Shown: positions 32,842 through 42,330, counted from the stretch's first letter. The stretch is DNA of 59,463 nt from Patescibacteria group bacterium (GCA_022711335.1 JAKLFF010000005.1:1-59463); one strand, 5' to 3'. Translations and numbers: made by a program. Notes: generated by a model from the letters alone, not told the origin.

Positions 32842-33549
32842 TTATTCTTTATGATTGTTTAATTCTTCCTTGAGTTTTTCGAGATCCGGCGTCCACTCAT
32901 CAAGAATGGAAGCGCCTTGAAAATCCTCTTTTTTATTTTTGGGATTTTTTTTGCCGGAAATAATTTCATCAATGTCCTTGGCAGGAGAAAAATCTTCAGA
33001 AATTTTATGGTCGCGTCCTTTTTGCAAAACATTTTCAATTGCTCCCCAGTCGGATTCGATATCACGCGGGATTACCAGCGTCACTTCGTCGCCTGGCTCT
33101 ACCTTGAAATATGTAATGGATGCCAGGAGGACTTTGTAGGCTTTCCCTTCAGAGGCAATAAAATAGTTTCCATCTGCGTCTTGGCTGGCGGTTCCAATCA
33201 GCCTCTTTTTTTCTACCGGACCGATTTGCTTGTAAACAAAAGAGCCGTCTGGCGTGATTGTCAGTTTGAGCATGTCTCCCTCGACAAGTTTTGATTTAGA
33301 TGCGTAGTTTGCCGGAACAGGATATTGTCTCCCGTCTGACCCGATCATTATCTGCCCGTCAAATGTTCCTTCGATTATTTTTCCTTCTTCTCCCTGGGCG
33401 ATTTCGGTTTTTTTCTTGCGGCCGACTTTTTTCTTTCCTTCGAGCTGGAGGAGCATAGCTTTAGCTCCTTGCAAAGTTTTTTCGGCGTTGTATATCATCT
33501 CGCGAAGCGCTTGAATTTTTTCAGAATTCTTGTTTTCTTTTTCTTCCAT
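32842..33549 (-). CDS. hypothetical protein with N-terminal coiled coil and two beta-rich repeats
   Basis: 235-aa ORF with internal repeat GTFDGQIMIGSDGRQYPVPANYASKSKLVEGD / ...DADGNYFIASEGKAYKVLLASITYFKVEPGD. I recognise no family. Confidence 0.55.
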   Translation of the reverse strand: MEEKENKNSEKIQALREMIYNAEKTLQGAKAMLLQLEGKKKVGRKKKTEIAQGEEGKIIEGTFDGQIMIGSDGRQYPVPANYASKSKLVEGDMLKLTITPDGSFVYKQIGPVEKKRLIGTASQDADGNYFIASEGKAYKVLLASITYFKVEPGDEVTLVIPRDIESDWGAIENVLQKGRDHKISEDFSPAKDIDEIISGKKNPKNKKEDFQGASILDEWTPDLEKLKEELNNHKE

Positions 33550-33564
33550 AGTGGTTTTTATTTT

Positions 33565-33595
33565 TCAGCCATAGGCTGATCCGCCTATGGCGGAT
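33565..33595. repeat. GGCGGATCAGCC hairpin motif, inverted copy
   Basis: TCAGCCATAGGCTGATCCGCCTATGGCGGAT forms two mini-hairpins, AGCC-ATA-GGCT and CCGCC-TAT-GGCGG. Confidence 0.8.
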
Positions 33596-33904
33596 ATTTT
33601 TGCATAATTTAATTTTTGTTTTTTCTTCTGCTGTCAGTTTTAATTTCAATTAAATTATACAACGTTAATAATTAACAGGCAATAGTCCAAAATTGCCAGA
33701 AGCTACAGATTAATACAAATATCCGTGCGCTGTCAAGTCCTACTACACGCGGACGAATAAGTTTCTTTCAATTAAAATTGGCAAAAAATTATTATTTTTA
33801 GATTTGGGGCGTAAAAAACTGTTCTGTTAACAGTCTGTGTATAACTTATAATTTGATGGCTTTTAAAAGCCATTTTTTTGAAGGTTATTAAGGCAGAAAA
33901 AGTG

Positions 33905-33933
33905 TTGACCAATGAAGTGCGGTGGAGTAAAAT
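33905..33933 (+). promoter_or_regulatory. sigma70-type promoter of the mraZ (dcw) operon
   Basis: TTGACC, 17 nt, TAAAAT. Confidence 0.55.
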
Positions 33934-33948
33934 AGAGTTATTGAATAT

Positions 33949-33968
33949 AAAAGTGGTTAAAAGTGGAG
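33949..33968 (+). promoter_or_regulatory. tandem MraZ-box-like repeats AAAAGTGGTT AAAAGTGGAG
   Basis: Two AAAGTGG units with an exact 10-nt period. A further GTGGAG at 33922-33927 is roughly in helical phase. Confidence 0.5.
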
Positions 33969-33990
33969 GATGCGCTTAGCGCTTTGTTTG

Positions 33991-34117
33991 CGGACTGCGA
34001 ACTGCGAATAAGTACAAATATACAAATATACGAATATACGAATAACGAAATATTAATAGTGGTTTTATTGATTCACACTAGTATATTCGTAAAAAATTCG
34101 CAATTCGTAGAGAATTC
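33991..34117. repeat. opposed heptamer arrays (TACGAAT/TGCGAA dialect)
   Basis: CGGACTGCGAACTGCGAATAAGTACAAATATACAAATATACGAATATACGAATAACG... is followed by ...TATATTCGTAAAAAATTCGCAATTCGTAGAGAATTC, which abuts the mraZ ATG. Confidence 0.85.
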
Positions 34118-34552
34118 ATGTTTATAGGAGAATATTCACATTCTATCGATCCCAAAAAAAGATTGGCGGTTCCGTCAAAGTTTAGAGCTGAACTTAAGAA
34201 TAAAGTTGTGGTGACGAGAGGGCTCGACAAGTGCTTATTCGTGTATCCGATGAAAGTTTGGGAGGATCTGGCGGGAAAACTGGGAACCTTGCCGGTTGGA
34301 GAATCAGCAACGAGAAGTTTTATACGGCTTCAGCTTTCAGGAGCGATTGATTGTGAGATAGACAAGCAAGGAAGAATTTTGGTTCCGGATTTTTTAAAAA
34401 GCTATGCCGGACTTTCGAGAAATGTGGTGATCGCCGGAGTTTATAACCGTTTGGAAATCTGGGATGAAAAGAAATGGAATGAGTACAAGAAGAATGCGGA
34501 AAAAAATACAGACGAGATAGCGGAACAGCTGGGGAAGCTGGGAGTATACTAA
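34118..34552 (+). CDS. mraZ: transcriptional regulator MraZ
   Basis: MFIGEYSHSIDPKKRLAVPSKFR... and a second half with DKQGRILVP. It is the first gene of the dcw cluster. Confidence 0.9.
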   Translation: MFIGEYSHSIDPKKRLAVPSKFRAELKNKVVVTRGLDKCLFVYPMKVWEDLAGKLGTLPVGESATRSFIRLQLSGAIDCEIDKQGRILVPDFLKSYAGLSRNVVIAGVYNRLEIWDEKKWNEYKKNAEKNTDEIAEQLGKLGVY

Positions 34553-34556
34553 TAAA

Positions 34557-34686
34557 CTCGAAGCACTAAATCCGAAATTCGAAACAAATTCAAAATTCTA
34601 AATGATAAAATCTAAAAATGTTTTGAATTTAGAATTTTATAAATTTTGATATTGTTTAGGATTTCGATATTCGAATTTCGAATTTT
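34557..34686. repeat. opposed heptamer arrays (TCGAAAT dialect)
   Basis: ...AAATCCGAAATTCGAAACAAATTCAAAATTCTAAATG... is followed by ...GGATTTCGATATTCGAATTTCGAATTTT, which abuts the rsmH ATG. Confidence 0.85.
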
Positions 34687-35652
34687 ATGAGTTTGCATAA
34701 ACCGGTATTACTGAAAGAAACTGTCGAACTGCTTAATATCAAAGAAGGAAGTATTGTTGTGGACGCCACTCTGGGGGGAGGCGGACACTCCCGCGAAATA
34801 TTAAGAAAAATTGGTGAAAAAGGCACCCTGGTTTCTATTGATGCAGATGCCGAGGCAATAAAAAATTTCACGGAATTTCCAATTTCCAATTTCCAATTTC
34901 CAAACAATTTTCAAATTCCAATTTTCAAATTTCAAAACGTATATCTGGTCAATGATAACTTTTCTAATTTGGGAGCTATTTTGGAAGCAGCGAGCATAAG
35001 AAAAGTGGATGCGATTTTGGCGGATTTAGGATGGTCGTCGGATCAGCTCGAAGGAAGGGGGATGAGTTTTTTAAAAGACGAGCCCCTGGATATGCGATTT
35101 GACAGCAATCAAAAATTGGCTGCCAGAGAGGTAGTCAATGAATATTCCCAAGAAGATTTGGAGCGGATATTGAAAGAATACGGAGAAGAGAGGTTTGCAA
35201 AAAATATTTCCAGAAAAATTGTCGAATATAGGAAAGATAAAATAATTGAAACTACGGGGGAGCTCGCGGAAATAATAAAAAGCGCGGTTCCGGAAAAATA
35301 TAAGCATGGAAAAATAAATTCGGCCACCAGAACTTTTCAGGCCATAAGAGTGGAAGTTAACGGGGAGCTCGATAATCTCGAAAAATTCATCCCGAAATCC
35401 ATAGAAGCGCTAATTTCAGGAGGAAGGCTGGCGATAATTTCATTTCATTCGCTTGAAGACAGAATTGTTAAAAATATTTTCAGGGAAAATGCAGGGGGAT
35501 GCATTTGTCCCAAAAATTTTCCCCAGTGTATCTGCGGGAAAATTCCGAAGGTTAAAATAATTACAAAAAAACCAATCGTTCCAGAAGAAAAAGAATTAGA
35601 AAACAATCCAAGAGCAAGAAGTGCGAGACTTAGAATTTGTGAGAAGATTTGA
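34687..35652 (+). CDS. rsmH: 16S rRNA (cytosine1402-N4)-methyltransferase RsmH
   Basis: VDATLGGGGHS, ADLGWSSDQL, SFHSLEDRIVK. It contains an in-frame heptamer-repeat segment at 34874-34937. Confidence 0.9.
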   Translation: MSLHKPVLLKETVELLNIKEGSIVVDATLGGGGHSREILRKIGEKGTLVSIDADAEAIKNFTEFPISNFQFPNNFQIPIFKFQNVYLVNDNFSNLGAILEAASIRKVDAILADLGWSSDQLEGRGMSFLKDEPLDMRFDSNQKLAAREVVNEYSQEDLERILKEYGEERFAKNISRKIVEYRKDKIIETTGELAEIIKSAVPEKYKHGKINSATRTFQAIRVEVNGELDNLEKFIPKSIEALISGGRLAIISFHSLEDRIVKNIFRENAGGCICPKNFPQCICGKIPKVKIITKKPIVPEEKELENNPRARSARLRICEKI

Positions 35653-35818
35653 TTTTTTTCTGGACCCAAAAAATAAAATAAAAAAACAATTAGAATTTTC
35701 AGGGGGCTGAAAATTAATGCAGAGGATAATAACTCTAAATAGCTGCAGTTTTCGGTCGGCCGGTTTTTCCGAAAAACCGGCTGCCAGGGAAAGAATGAAT
35801 CCTTCTCGGGTTTTGTCT

Positions 35819-36151
35819 ATGGGCGACAAAAAAATACCAAAAAACGAATCGAAATCCAAGGGAAGCGCCAAAATAGTCTTTCTGGCTTTGTTTTCTGTTT
35901 TAGTTGCGGCGATATTTTTCGGAGGAGCGCTGTATCTTTACCAGGTCAATGATCTGGCGACCAAAGGATATGAGATAAAAGACATTGAAAAACGGATCCA
36001 GGATCTGGAAAGGGAGGGCAAGAAAATGAAAATAAAAGAAGTGGAGCTTAAATCAATGTATAATATAGAAAAATCCACCGAAGAGCTCGATCTGGTCAGC
36101 CCTCAAAATATCACTTACGTAGAAATGGATAGTTCCGTAGCCATGAAATAA
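35819..36151 (+). CDS. ftsL: FtsL-like single-pass coiled-coil division protein
   Basis: Position is between rsmH and ftsI. It has a basic N-terminus, a TM (IVFLALFSVLVAAIFFGGALYLY), then a coiled coil. Start chosen at ATG 35819; the upstream codons cover a perfect hairpin CCGGTTTTT-CCG-AAAAACCGG. Confidence 0.5.
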   Translation: MGDKKIPKNESKSKGSAKIVFLALFSVLVAAIFFGGALYLYQVNDLATKGYEIKDIEKRIQDLEREGKKMKIKEVELKSMYNIEKSTEELDLVSPQNITYVEMDSSVAMK

Positions 36152-36168
36152 GGCGGAGAAATTCCAAT

Positions 36169-38034
36169 ATGAAAGTCATTCAAGGAAAAAAAAGCAATAC
36201 CGGAGCGAGTCCGCAAAAAAAAGCTTCATTAGAAATCTGCATTGTCCGCATATATATTCTGGCCTTCTTCATATTTTTATTTTTTGGAGCGATAGTCTTG
36301 CGGCTTTTTTCTCTGCAGGTTGCTTCTTATGAGGCCTACAAGGCTTTGGCTTATGACCAGCATTCCATATTCAAGAGTCTGATTCCAAAAAGAGGCGAAA
36401 TTTTTTTGAGAGACAGGGAAGGCGTATACCCGGTAGCAGTCAACCGGGAGACTAAAATGGCCTATGCGGTTCCCAAAGAAGTGGAAAATTTGGATGAAAC
36501 TGCCAGCCGAATTTCTGAAGTTTTGGGCTTAGATAGAAATGAGTTGAGGGAAAGGTTGGACAAGCCGGAAGATATGTATGAAATTTTGAAACACCGCCTT
36601 AGTGACGAGGAGATTGAAAAAATAAATTTGCTGAAGATGAAGGGAATCCGCCTGGCTGATGAAGACTATCGCTATTATCCGGCCGGTGAATTAGCTTCCC
36701 ATATTCTGGGCTTTGTCGGCTGGAAAGATAATAATTTCGGCGGACGATATGGAACGGAACTTTATTTTGAAGATAGCCTCAAGGGAGAAGAAGGCAATAT
36801 TTTTCACAAAAAAGACGCCTCCGGAGGATGGATTTCAACGATGGAAAAAGAAATTACCCAAGCGAAAGATGGAGACAGTCTGGTTCTTACTATTGATCAT
36901 ATAATTCAGTACGAAACGGAAAAAATTTTGAAAAGCGCTGTGGAAAAGCATGGAGCGGATAGAGGAGCAATAATCGTCATGGAGTCGGGGACGGGGAAAA
37001 TCTTGTCGCTGGCCAATTATCCGGCTTTTTCGCCCAACGAATATTCCAAAGTGGAAAATATGGAAGATTTTAGAAATATTGCAGTGAGTGATTCATATGA
37101 ATGCGGAAGCGTTTTCAAGACCATTACTTTAGCGTCGGCAGTTGATGCGGAGAAGATCAATCCGGATACGACTTACATTGACACGGGGCTGGTCAGCCAG
37201 TCAGGATATAATATTGAAAATTCCGACGGAAAATCCTACGGCAGGCAGACCATGACGGAAGTTTTGGAAAAATCCCTGAATACCGGGGCGATATATGCCG
37301 AAAAAACTATTGGAAACAGGAATTTTTCCGATTATGTCAAGCGGTTTGGTTTTGGAGCGCCGACAGAAGCAGAAATTTACGGTGAGGCCGCCGGAAACAT
37401 AGCTAACCTTAAAAATTTAAAAAGCGATATTCAATTTTTCACTGCTTCTTTCGGCCAGGGCATAACAGTGACTCCCCTTCAGCTGATAAATGCTTATAAC
37501 GCAATTGCTAACGGAGGGAAGCTTATGAAACCGCAGATTCTGGAGAAGGTAGTCAAAAGCGATGGGGCAGAAGAGGAAATAGCGCCTCAGGAAATAAGGC
37601 AGGTGATATCCAAAAGAAGCGCCAGCGAAGTTTCTCAAATGCTTCTTAGCGTTGTGAAAAATGGGCATGGAAAAAGAGCTGGAGTGCCGGGATATCTTGT
37701 TGGAGGAAAGACTGGAACGGCGCAGGTTGCCAAAAGAGGCGAGAAAGGCTATGAAGAAGGGAAAACCATCGGATCTTTTGTCGGATTTGCTCCGATTGAC
37801 AATCCGCGCTTTACTGTTCTTGTGAGAATTGATGATCCGAAAGATGTAGAGTGGGCTGAATCGAGTGCAGCTCCGACATTCGGCGAGCTTATGAAATTTC
37901 TTCTGGAATATGCCAATATTGAACCAACAGAAAAATTTACTGAAAAAGAACTGTCAGAATTTTATGCTACGCATACGCTCAGCACTAATTTTATAAAAAA
38001 GAAAGAAGACGACAAAAAAGAGGATAAAGAATAA
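36169..38034 (+). CDS. ftsI: penicillin-binding protein (class B transpeptidase, FtsI/PBP2 type)
   Basis: N-terminal TM, SVFK (SxxK), SLN (SxN), KTGTA. Confidence 0.9.
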   Translation: MKVIQGKKSNTGASPQKKASLEICIVRIYILAFFIFLFFGAIVLRLFSLQVASYEAYKALAYDQHSIFKSLIPKRGEIFLRDREGVYPVAVNRETKMAYAVPKEVENLDETASRISEVLGLDRNELRERLDKPEDMYEILKHRLSDEEIEKINLLKMKGIRLADEDYRYYPAGELASHILGFVGWKDNNFGGRYGTELYFEDSLKGEEGNIFHKKDASGGWISTMEKEITQAKDGDSLVLTIDHIIQYETEKILKSAVEKHGADRGAIIVMESGTGKILSLANYPAFSPNEYSKVENMEDFRNIAVSDSYECGSVFKTITLASAVDAEKINPDTTYIDTGLVSQSGYNIENSDGKSYGRQTMTEVLEKSLNTGAIYAEKTIGNRNFSDYVKRFGFGAPTEAEIYGEAAGNIANLKNLKSDIQFFTASFGQGITVTPLQLINAYNAIANGGKLMKPQILEKVVKSDGAEEEIAPQEIRQVISKRSASEVSQMLLSVVKNGHGKRAGVPGYLVGGKTGTAQVAKRGEKGYEEGKTIGSFVGFAPIDNPRFTVLVRIDDPKDVEWAESSAAPTFGELMKFLLEYANIEPTEKFTEKELSEFYATHTLSTNFIKKKEDDKKEDKE

Positions 38035-38040
38035 AGAACA

Positions 38041-39375
38041 ATGGCAAAGTCGAAAAAATTATTATTTTTGGAAAAATCGCTTCGAGCGATGTCTTCTTTG
38101 GTTCTTAAAAAATACCATCCGTTTATTATCGGGATAACCGGATCAGTTGGAAAAACTTCTACGAAAGAAGCTGTGTTCATAGTTTTAGCCAGCCATTTCC
38201 GGGTGAGGAGAAGCGAGAAAAATTATAACAACGAAATCGGCTTGCCTCTGACCGTTATTGGCGCGGAAAGCGGAGGAAATTCTTTCTGGGGATGGATGGC
38301 AGTTTTTCTTAAATGGCTGGGAATCATGATTTTTCCGATAAGCTATCCGGAAATACTTATTTTAGAAATGGGAGCCGATCGGCCGGGCGATTTAAAATAC
38401 CTAACCGGGTTTATCCGTCCTGAAATTTCCATTCTTACTGATATTTCCGGGAGCCATCTGGAATTTTTCAAGTCAATCGACGGCGTAGCCAAAGAAAAAG
38501 GAATTCTGGCAAAAAGCCTTCGGGAAAAAGACTTGGCAATTTTGAATGTAGACAATCCGCAGATAAAAAAAATAGGAAGCCAATTGAAAGCCAGGACATT
38601 AACTTTTGGCTTTTCTCCGGAAGCTGATATAAGGGCTTCGGATGTCGCATTCAATTATGTCAATGGAGAAGATTCTTCCGTTCTTTATTCGCAAAGCAAA
38701 AAAATAAAGGGCCTGAGCTTCAAGTTGAATTTCAAGGGTTCGACAATGCCGGTAAGGCTTAATAATATTTTGTCCAGGCACAATATTCATGCCGCTTTAG
38801 CTGGAATTTGCGTGGGGATTGAAATGAAAATTAATCTGGTTGAAATCGGAGCGGCACTCGAAAATTTCTGCTTGCCTTTCGGCCGGATGAATCTCATAAA
38901 GGGGATAAAAAACAGCTTCATTATAGACGACACTTACAATTCTTCTCCGGTTTCTGCCCGGGCGGCGCTTGATGTTTTGGGCGAGGTGGAAGCGGGAAGA
39001 AAAATAGCGGTAATGGGGGATATGCTGGAACTTGGAGCTGACAGTGAACGGGGGCATCGGGAAGTGGCCAAAAAATTCGCGGAAACAGGCGGAAATATTT
39101 TTTTTGCTGTCGGAGAAAGAATGAAAGCAGCGGCTGACGAGCTCAAAAAGCGCAATTTTGATCCGGGAAATTTGTATGTTTTTGAGGATCCGATGTCGGC
39201 TGGAAAAAAACTTCAGGAAATAATCCGCGAAGACGACCTTATTCTCATCAAGGGTTCGCAGGGGATGAGGATGGAAAAAACAGTCGAAGAAGTGATGGCC
39301 GATCCGCAAAAATCCGGCGAGCTTCTCTGCCGCCAGAGCCGAAAATGGAAAGAAAAACCGTGGGTCAATGTATAA
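38041..39375 (+). CDS. murF: UDP-N-acetylmuramoyl-tripeptide--D-alanyl-D-alanine ligase
   Basis: GITGSVGKTSTKE P-loop and DDTYNSSP, with the Mur ligase layout. The murF versus murE assignment is based on overall pattern only. Confidence 0.75.
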   Translation: MAKSKKLLFLEKSLRAMSSLVLKKYHPFIIGITGSVGKTSTKEAVFIVLASHFRVRRSEKNYNNEIGLPLTVIGAESGGNSFWGWMAVFLKWLGIMIFPISYPEILILEMGADRPGDLKYLTGFIRPEISILTDISGSHLEFFKSIDGVAKEKGILAKSLREKDLAILNVDNPQIKKIGSQLKARTLTFGFSPEADIRASDVAFNYVNGEDSSVLYSQSKKIKGLSFKLNFKGSTMPVRLNNILSRHNIHAALAGICVGIEMKINLVEIGAALENFCLPFGRMNLIKGIKNSFIIDDTYNSSPVSARAALDVLGEVEAGRKIAVMGDMLELGADSERGHREVAKKFAETGGNIFFAVGERMKAAADELKKRNFDPGNLYVFEDPMSAGKKLQEIIREDDLILIKGSQGMRMEKTVEEVMADPQKSGELLCRQSRKWKEKPWVNV

Positions 39376-39407
39376 AATGCATAAATTCTTTTCAGGGAAT
39401 TTTTAGA

Positions 39408-39438
39408 TAAAAAAAACAGGCTTGCGCCTGTTTTTTTT
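39408..39438. terminator. bidirectional terminator between murF and rpmE
   Basis: AAAAAAAA-CAGGC-TTGC-GCCTG-TTTTTTTT. Confidence 0.8.
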
Positions 39439-39453
39439 GGTTTCAAAAATAAT

Positions 39454-39753
39454 CTATTTCTTCTTTTTTGACTTCACCGTTTTTCTTACAATTTTGGTCT
39501 TTCTGGCTTTCTTTTCTTCTTCTCTTTTCGCCTTAACAATCTTTCTTTCCGTCGCTTTTTCTTTGAGCTTCTTGAATCGGTCTACTCGCCCCGTGGCATC
39601 GATAAGCTTCTTTTTTCCGGTATAGAAAGGATGGCAGGCGCTGCAAATTTCCACTTTCATTTCAGAAACAGCCGCTCCGGTTGTGATTATATTTCCGCAT
39701 GCGCAGACTATTTTTGCTGCCGGATAATATTCGGGATGGATGTCTTTTTTCAT
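39454..39753 (-). CDS. rpmE: 50S ribosomal protein L31 with K-rich C-terminal tail
   Basis: [21 protein letters not shown]...[13 protein letters not shown]. Confidence 0.9.
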   Translation of the reverse strand: MKKDIHPEYYPAAKIVCACGNIITTGAAVSEMKVEICSACHPFYTGKKKLIDATGRVDRFKKLKEKATERKIVKAKREEEKKARKTKIVRKTVKSKKKK

Positions 39754-39754
39754 G

Positions 39755-39806
39755 AATTCTCTACGAATTACGAATCATATACGAATATACGAATTACGAA
39801 TTCCTA
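39755..39806. repeat. TACGAAT heptamer array abutting the rpmE start
   Basis: GAATTCTCTACGAATTACGAATCATATACGAATATACGAATTACGAATTCC. Confidence 0.85.
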
Positions 39807-39853
39807 TTTAGATATGTTTTGTTACTAAAACAATCTATCACAGAATGTCGAAA

Positions 39854-39882
39854 TTGACAAGAGGGGAAAGCATTGTTATAGT
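39854..39882 (+). promoter_or_regulatory. sigma70-type promoter upstream of rpsB-tsf
   Basis: TTGACA, 17 nt, TATAGT. Confidence 0.55.
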
Positions 39883-40054
39883 AGCTATATTCGCTTCAAT
39901 AGGAGCGAAACTCATATTTTTCGAGCTTTTCCTGCCCCTGCCTTGCGGGGGATAATAAGCCGGAAGGGCGGATTATTCTGCCGTTTCAACGAAAAATAGC
40001 GGATCCTGTCTCCGTTTGGCGGAATCAGGATATAAACAATTAAGGAATAAAATT

Positions 40055-40879
40055 ATGAACAGAGAAAAAGAATCTCCGAAAAAGGAGAAAGACGGCAAAG
40101 ATCGTTCTGCCGGACTTTCCGCTGAAAGCGGATCAGCCTCAAGCGGCGATTTTGGTGTTGATTTTGGCAAACTGGAAATCAATATCGAAAACATGTTTAA
40201 AAGCGGCGTCCATTTCGGCCATCATAAGTCAAGAAAAAATCCGAAAATGAACGATTATATTTTCGGGACCAGAAGCAACATAAATATTTTCAATCTCGAA
40301 ATTACGGCTGAAAAAATAAAATCTGCCACAAATTTCATTTCCGGGATTGTTGCTTCCGGGCAGGAAGTGGTTTTTGTTGGAACTAAAAAGCAAGCCAAAA
40401 ATCTAGTTGAGTCGGCCGCAAAAGCCTGCCAGATGCCTTATGTGAGCGAGAGATGGCTGGGAGGCACGTTTACCAATTTTTCTGAAATTTCCAAAAGGAC
40501 TCGATATCTTCGCGACGGGCAGGAAAAAATGAAGAAAGGGGAATTTGGAAAATATACTAAATTTGAACAAATGAAAATTGCCGAAGAGCTCGATCGCCTG
40601 GAAAGAAAAATGGGCGGAATAAAAAATATGCTTAAATTGCCAGGAGCAATTTTTGCTGTGAGCGCCATTGATGATTCTTTGGCAATCAAAGAAGCGGCAA
40701 TTAGGAATATTCCGGTTGTAGCGCTGGTTGACACCAATGCTTCTCCGGAAGGAATAAATTATCCGATTCCGGCCAATGAAGACGCAGTTTCTTCAATCAA
40801 ACTGATGCTGGCTTATATGGCAAAAGCGGTTTTGGACGGAAGAAAAAGAATAAATGAAAAAATAGATAAAAAAGAATAA
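40055..40879 (+). CDS. rpsB: 30S ribosomal protein S2
   Basis: Conserved core starts ...NMFKSGVHFGHHKSRKNPKM. Start placed at ATG 40055, which has AAGGA 8 nt upstream. The ~45-aa N-terminal extension includes a degenerate copy of the GATCAGCC hairpin motif. Confidence 0.85.
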   Translation: MNREKESPKKEKDGKDRSAGLSAESGSASSGDFGVDFGKLEINIENMFKSGVHFGHHKSRKNPKMNDYIFGTRSNINIFNLEITAEKIKSATNFISGIVASGQEVVFVGTKKQAKNLVESAAKACQMPYVSERWLGGTFTNFSEISKRTRYLRDGQEKMKKGEFGKYTKFEQMKIAEELDRLERKMGGIKNMLKLPGAIFAVSAIDDSLAIKEAAIRNIPVVALVDTNASPEGINYPIPANEDAVSSIKLMLAYMAKAVLDGRKRINEKIDKKE

Positions 40880-40899
40880 AAAAATAATTGCCAAAATTT

Positions 40900-41478
40900 A
40901 TGCTTAATAAAATAAAAAACTTGAGAGAAAAAACCGGAGCTGGGATAGTGGATGTAAAAAAAGCGCTGTCTGAAGCCGGCGGAGACGAAGCAAAGGCAGT
41001 CGAGATGCTCAGAAAACTCGGACAGGCAAAAGCATCCAAAAAATCGGAAAGAACGGCGCAGGAAGGCGTCATCGTTTCCTATGTCCATTCCAATAAAAAA
41101 GTGGGGGCGATGGTAAAACTTTGCTGTGAAACTGATTTTGTGGCCAGAAATTCCGAGTTTATTGAGCTGGCGAGAGATATCGCCATGCACATAACGGCAA
41201 TGAATCCGAAATACATAAATTCGGAGGATGTTCCCGCTGAAATTGTTGAAAAAGAAAAAGAAATCTGGACGGCCCAGGCGGAAAATGAAAAAAAACCTCG
41301 CGAAATAATGGAGAAAATATTGGAAGGCAAGGAGAAAAAATTCCGCGAAGAAATTTCTCTCATGAGCCAGCCGTATATTAAAAATCCGGAGATTGCCGTT
41401 TCGCAGCTGATTGCTGAAAAAATCGGGAAAATAGGCGAAAATATCCAGATCGCCGGCTTTTCGCGCCTGGAGCTTTAA
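40900..41478 (+). CDS. tsf: elongation factor Ts (short form)
   Basis: MLNKIKNLREKTGAGIVDVKKALSEAGGDEAKAVEMLRKLG is the UBA-like N-terminus. The gene follows rpsB. Confidence 0.85.
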   Translation: MLNKIKNLREKTGAGIVDVKKALSEAGGDEAKAVEMLRKLGQAKASKKSERTAQEGVIVSYVHSNKKVGAMVKLCCETDFVARNSEFIELARDIAMHITAMNPKYINSEDVPAEIVEKEKEIWTAQAENEKKPREIMEKILEGKEKKFREEISLMSQPYIKNPEIAVSQLIAEKIGKIGENIQIAGFSRLEL

Positions 41479-41543
41479 GGTGAAATGGAATAAGGGCTGA
41501 AAAACGGTGGTCGTGCTCTATTTTAAATTAAAAAGAAGCAAGC

Positions 41544-42323
41544 ATGTTAAAATATTTAGTCAGGATATATCAGTGGGAAGATCCCAGGCTGTGCGAAAGC
41601 GATTTGGAACTTCCGCGGGGGGAAATGGTCATTGCAACCGGAGAAAATTCCAATGAGTTGGGCGTGATTGAAGAAAAAGCGAAAGAAACTTCAGAAGACA
41701 AAGTTGAAGGAAAAATAGTCCGGGTTGCAACCGCAAGAGACCGGAAAGTTTTTGAAGAATACCAGAAACAGAAAAATGCCATGCTGGAAAAATGCAAGGA
41801 GATTGTCAAGAAATCAGGATTGGAAATGAAAATGGTGGATGCCAGGATAGGATTGGATGGGAAGCAGGCGATATTTGTTTTTACGGCTGACGGACGAATT
41901 GATTTTCGGGAGCTTGTAAAAGATCTGGCCAAAGAATTTAAAAAAATAATAAGAATGCAGCAGATCGGAACCAGGGATGAAGCAAGAAGCCTGGGAGGAT
42001 ACGGTATTTGCGGACGGGATCTCTGCTGCGCTAAATTTCGGGGAAGCATTCAAAGCATTACCACCGACATGGCCCGTGTCCAGCAGATTGCCCATCGGGG
42101 AACGGAACGGATTTCGGGGCTTTGCGGGAGGCTTATGTGCTGCCTGGCTTATGAAGCTTCCCAATATAAGGAAATGCTTTCCGGTATGCCGGAAATTTAC
42201 AGCGTGGTGAATACTCCCGAAGGAAAAGGGACAGTTGTGGAAGTAAATGCAATCTCGCAGAAAATAACCGTTAAGATGGAAAAAGGCGATTATTTATCTT
42301 TTGGTAAAAATGAAATAAAATAA
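41544..42323 (+). CDS. PSP1 domain protein (YaaT/RicT-like)
   Basis: ...GGYGICGRDLCCAKFRGSIQSITTDMARVQQ...SGLCGRLMCCLAYE is the PSP1 Cys pattern. Confidence 0.8.
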   Translation: MLKYLVRIYQWEDPRLCESDLELPRGEMVIATGENSNELGVIEEKAKETSEDKVEGKIVRVATARDRKVFEEYQKQKNAMLEKCKEIVKKSGLEMKMVDARIGLDGKQAIFVFTADGRIDFRELVKDLAKEFKKIIRMQQIGTRDEARSLGGYGICGRDLCCAKFRGSIQSITTDMARVQQIAHRGTERISGLCGRLMCCLAYEASQYKEMLSGMPEIYSVVNTPEGKGTVVEVNAISQKITVKMEKGDYLSFGKNEIK

Positions 42324-42330
42324 TTTTATT

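Noticed and set aside
1984-39806. Possibility that the periodic spacer repeats are CRISPR arrays
   Set aside because: The period is 7 nt with degenerate units. There is no alternation of 25-40-nt repeats and unique spacers, and no cas genes are present.
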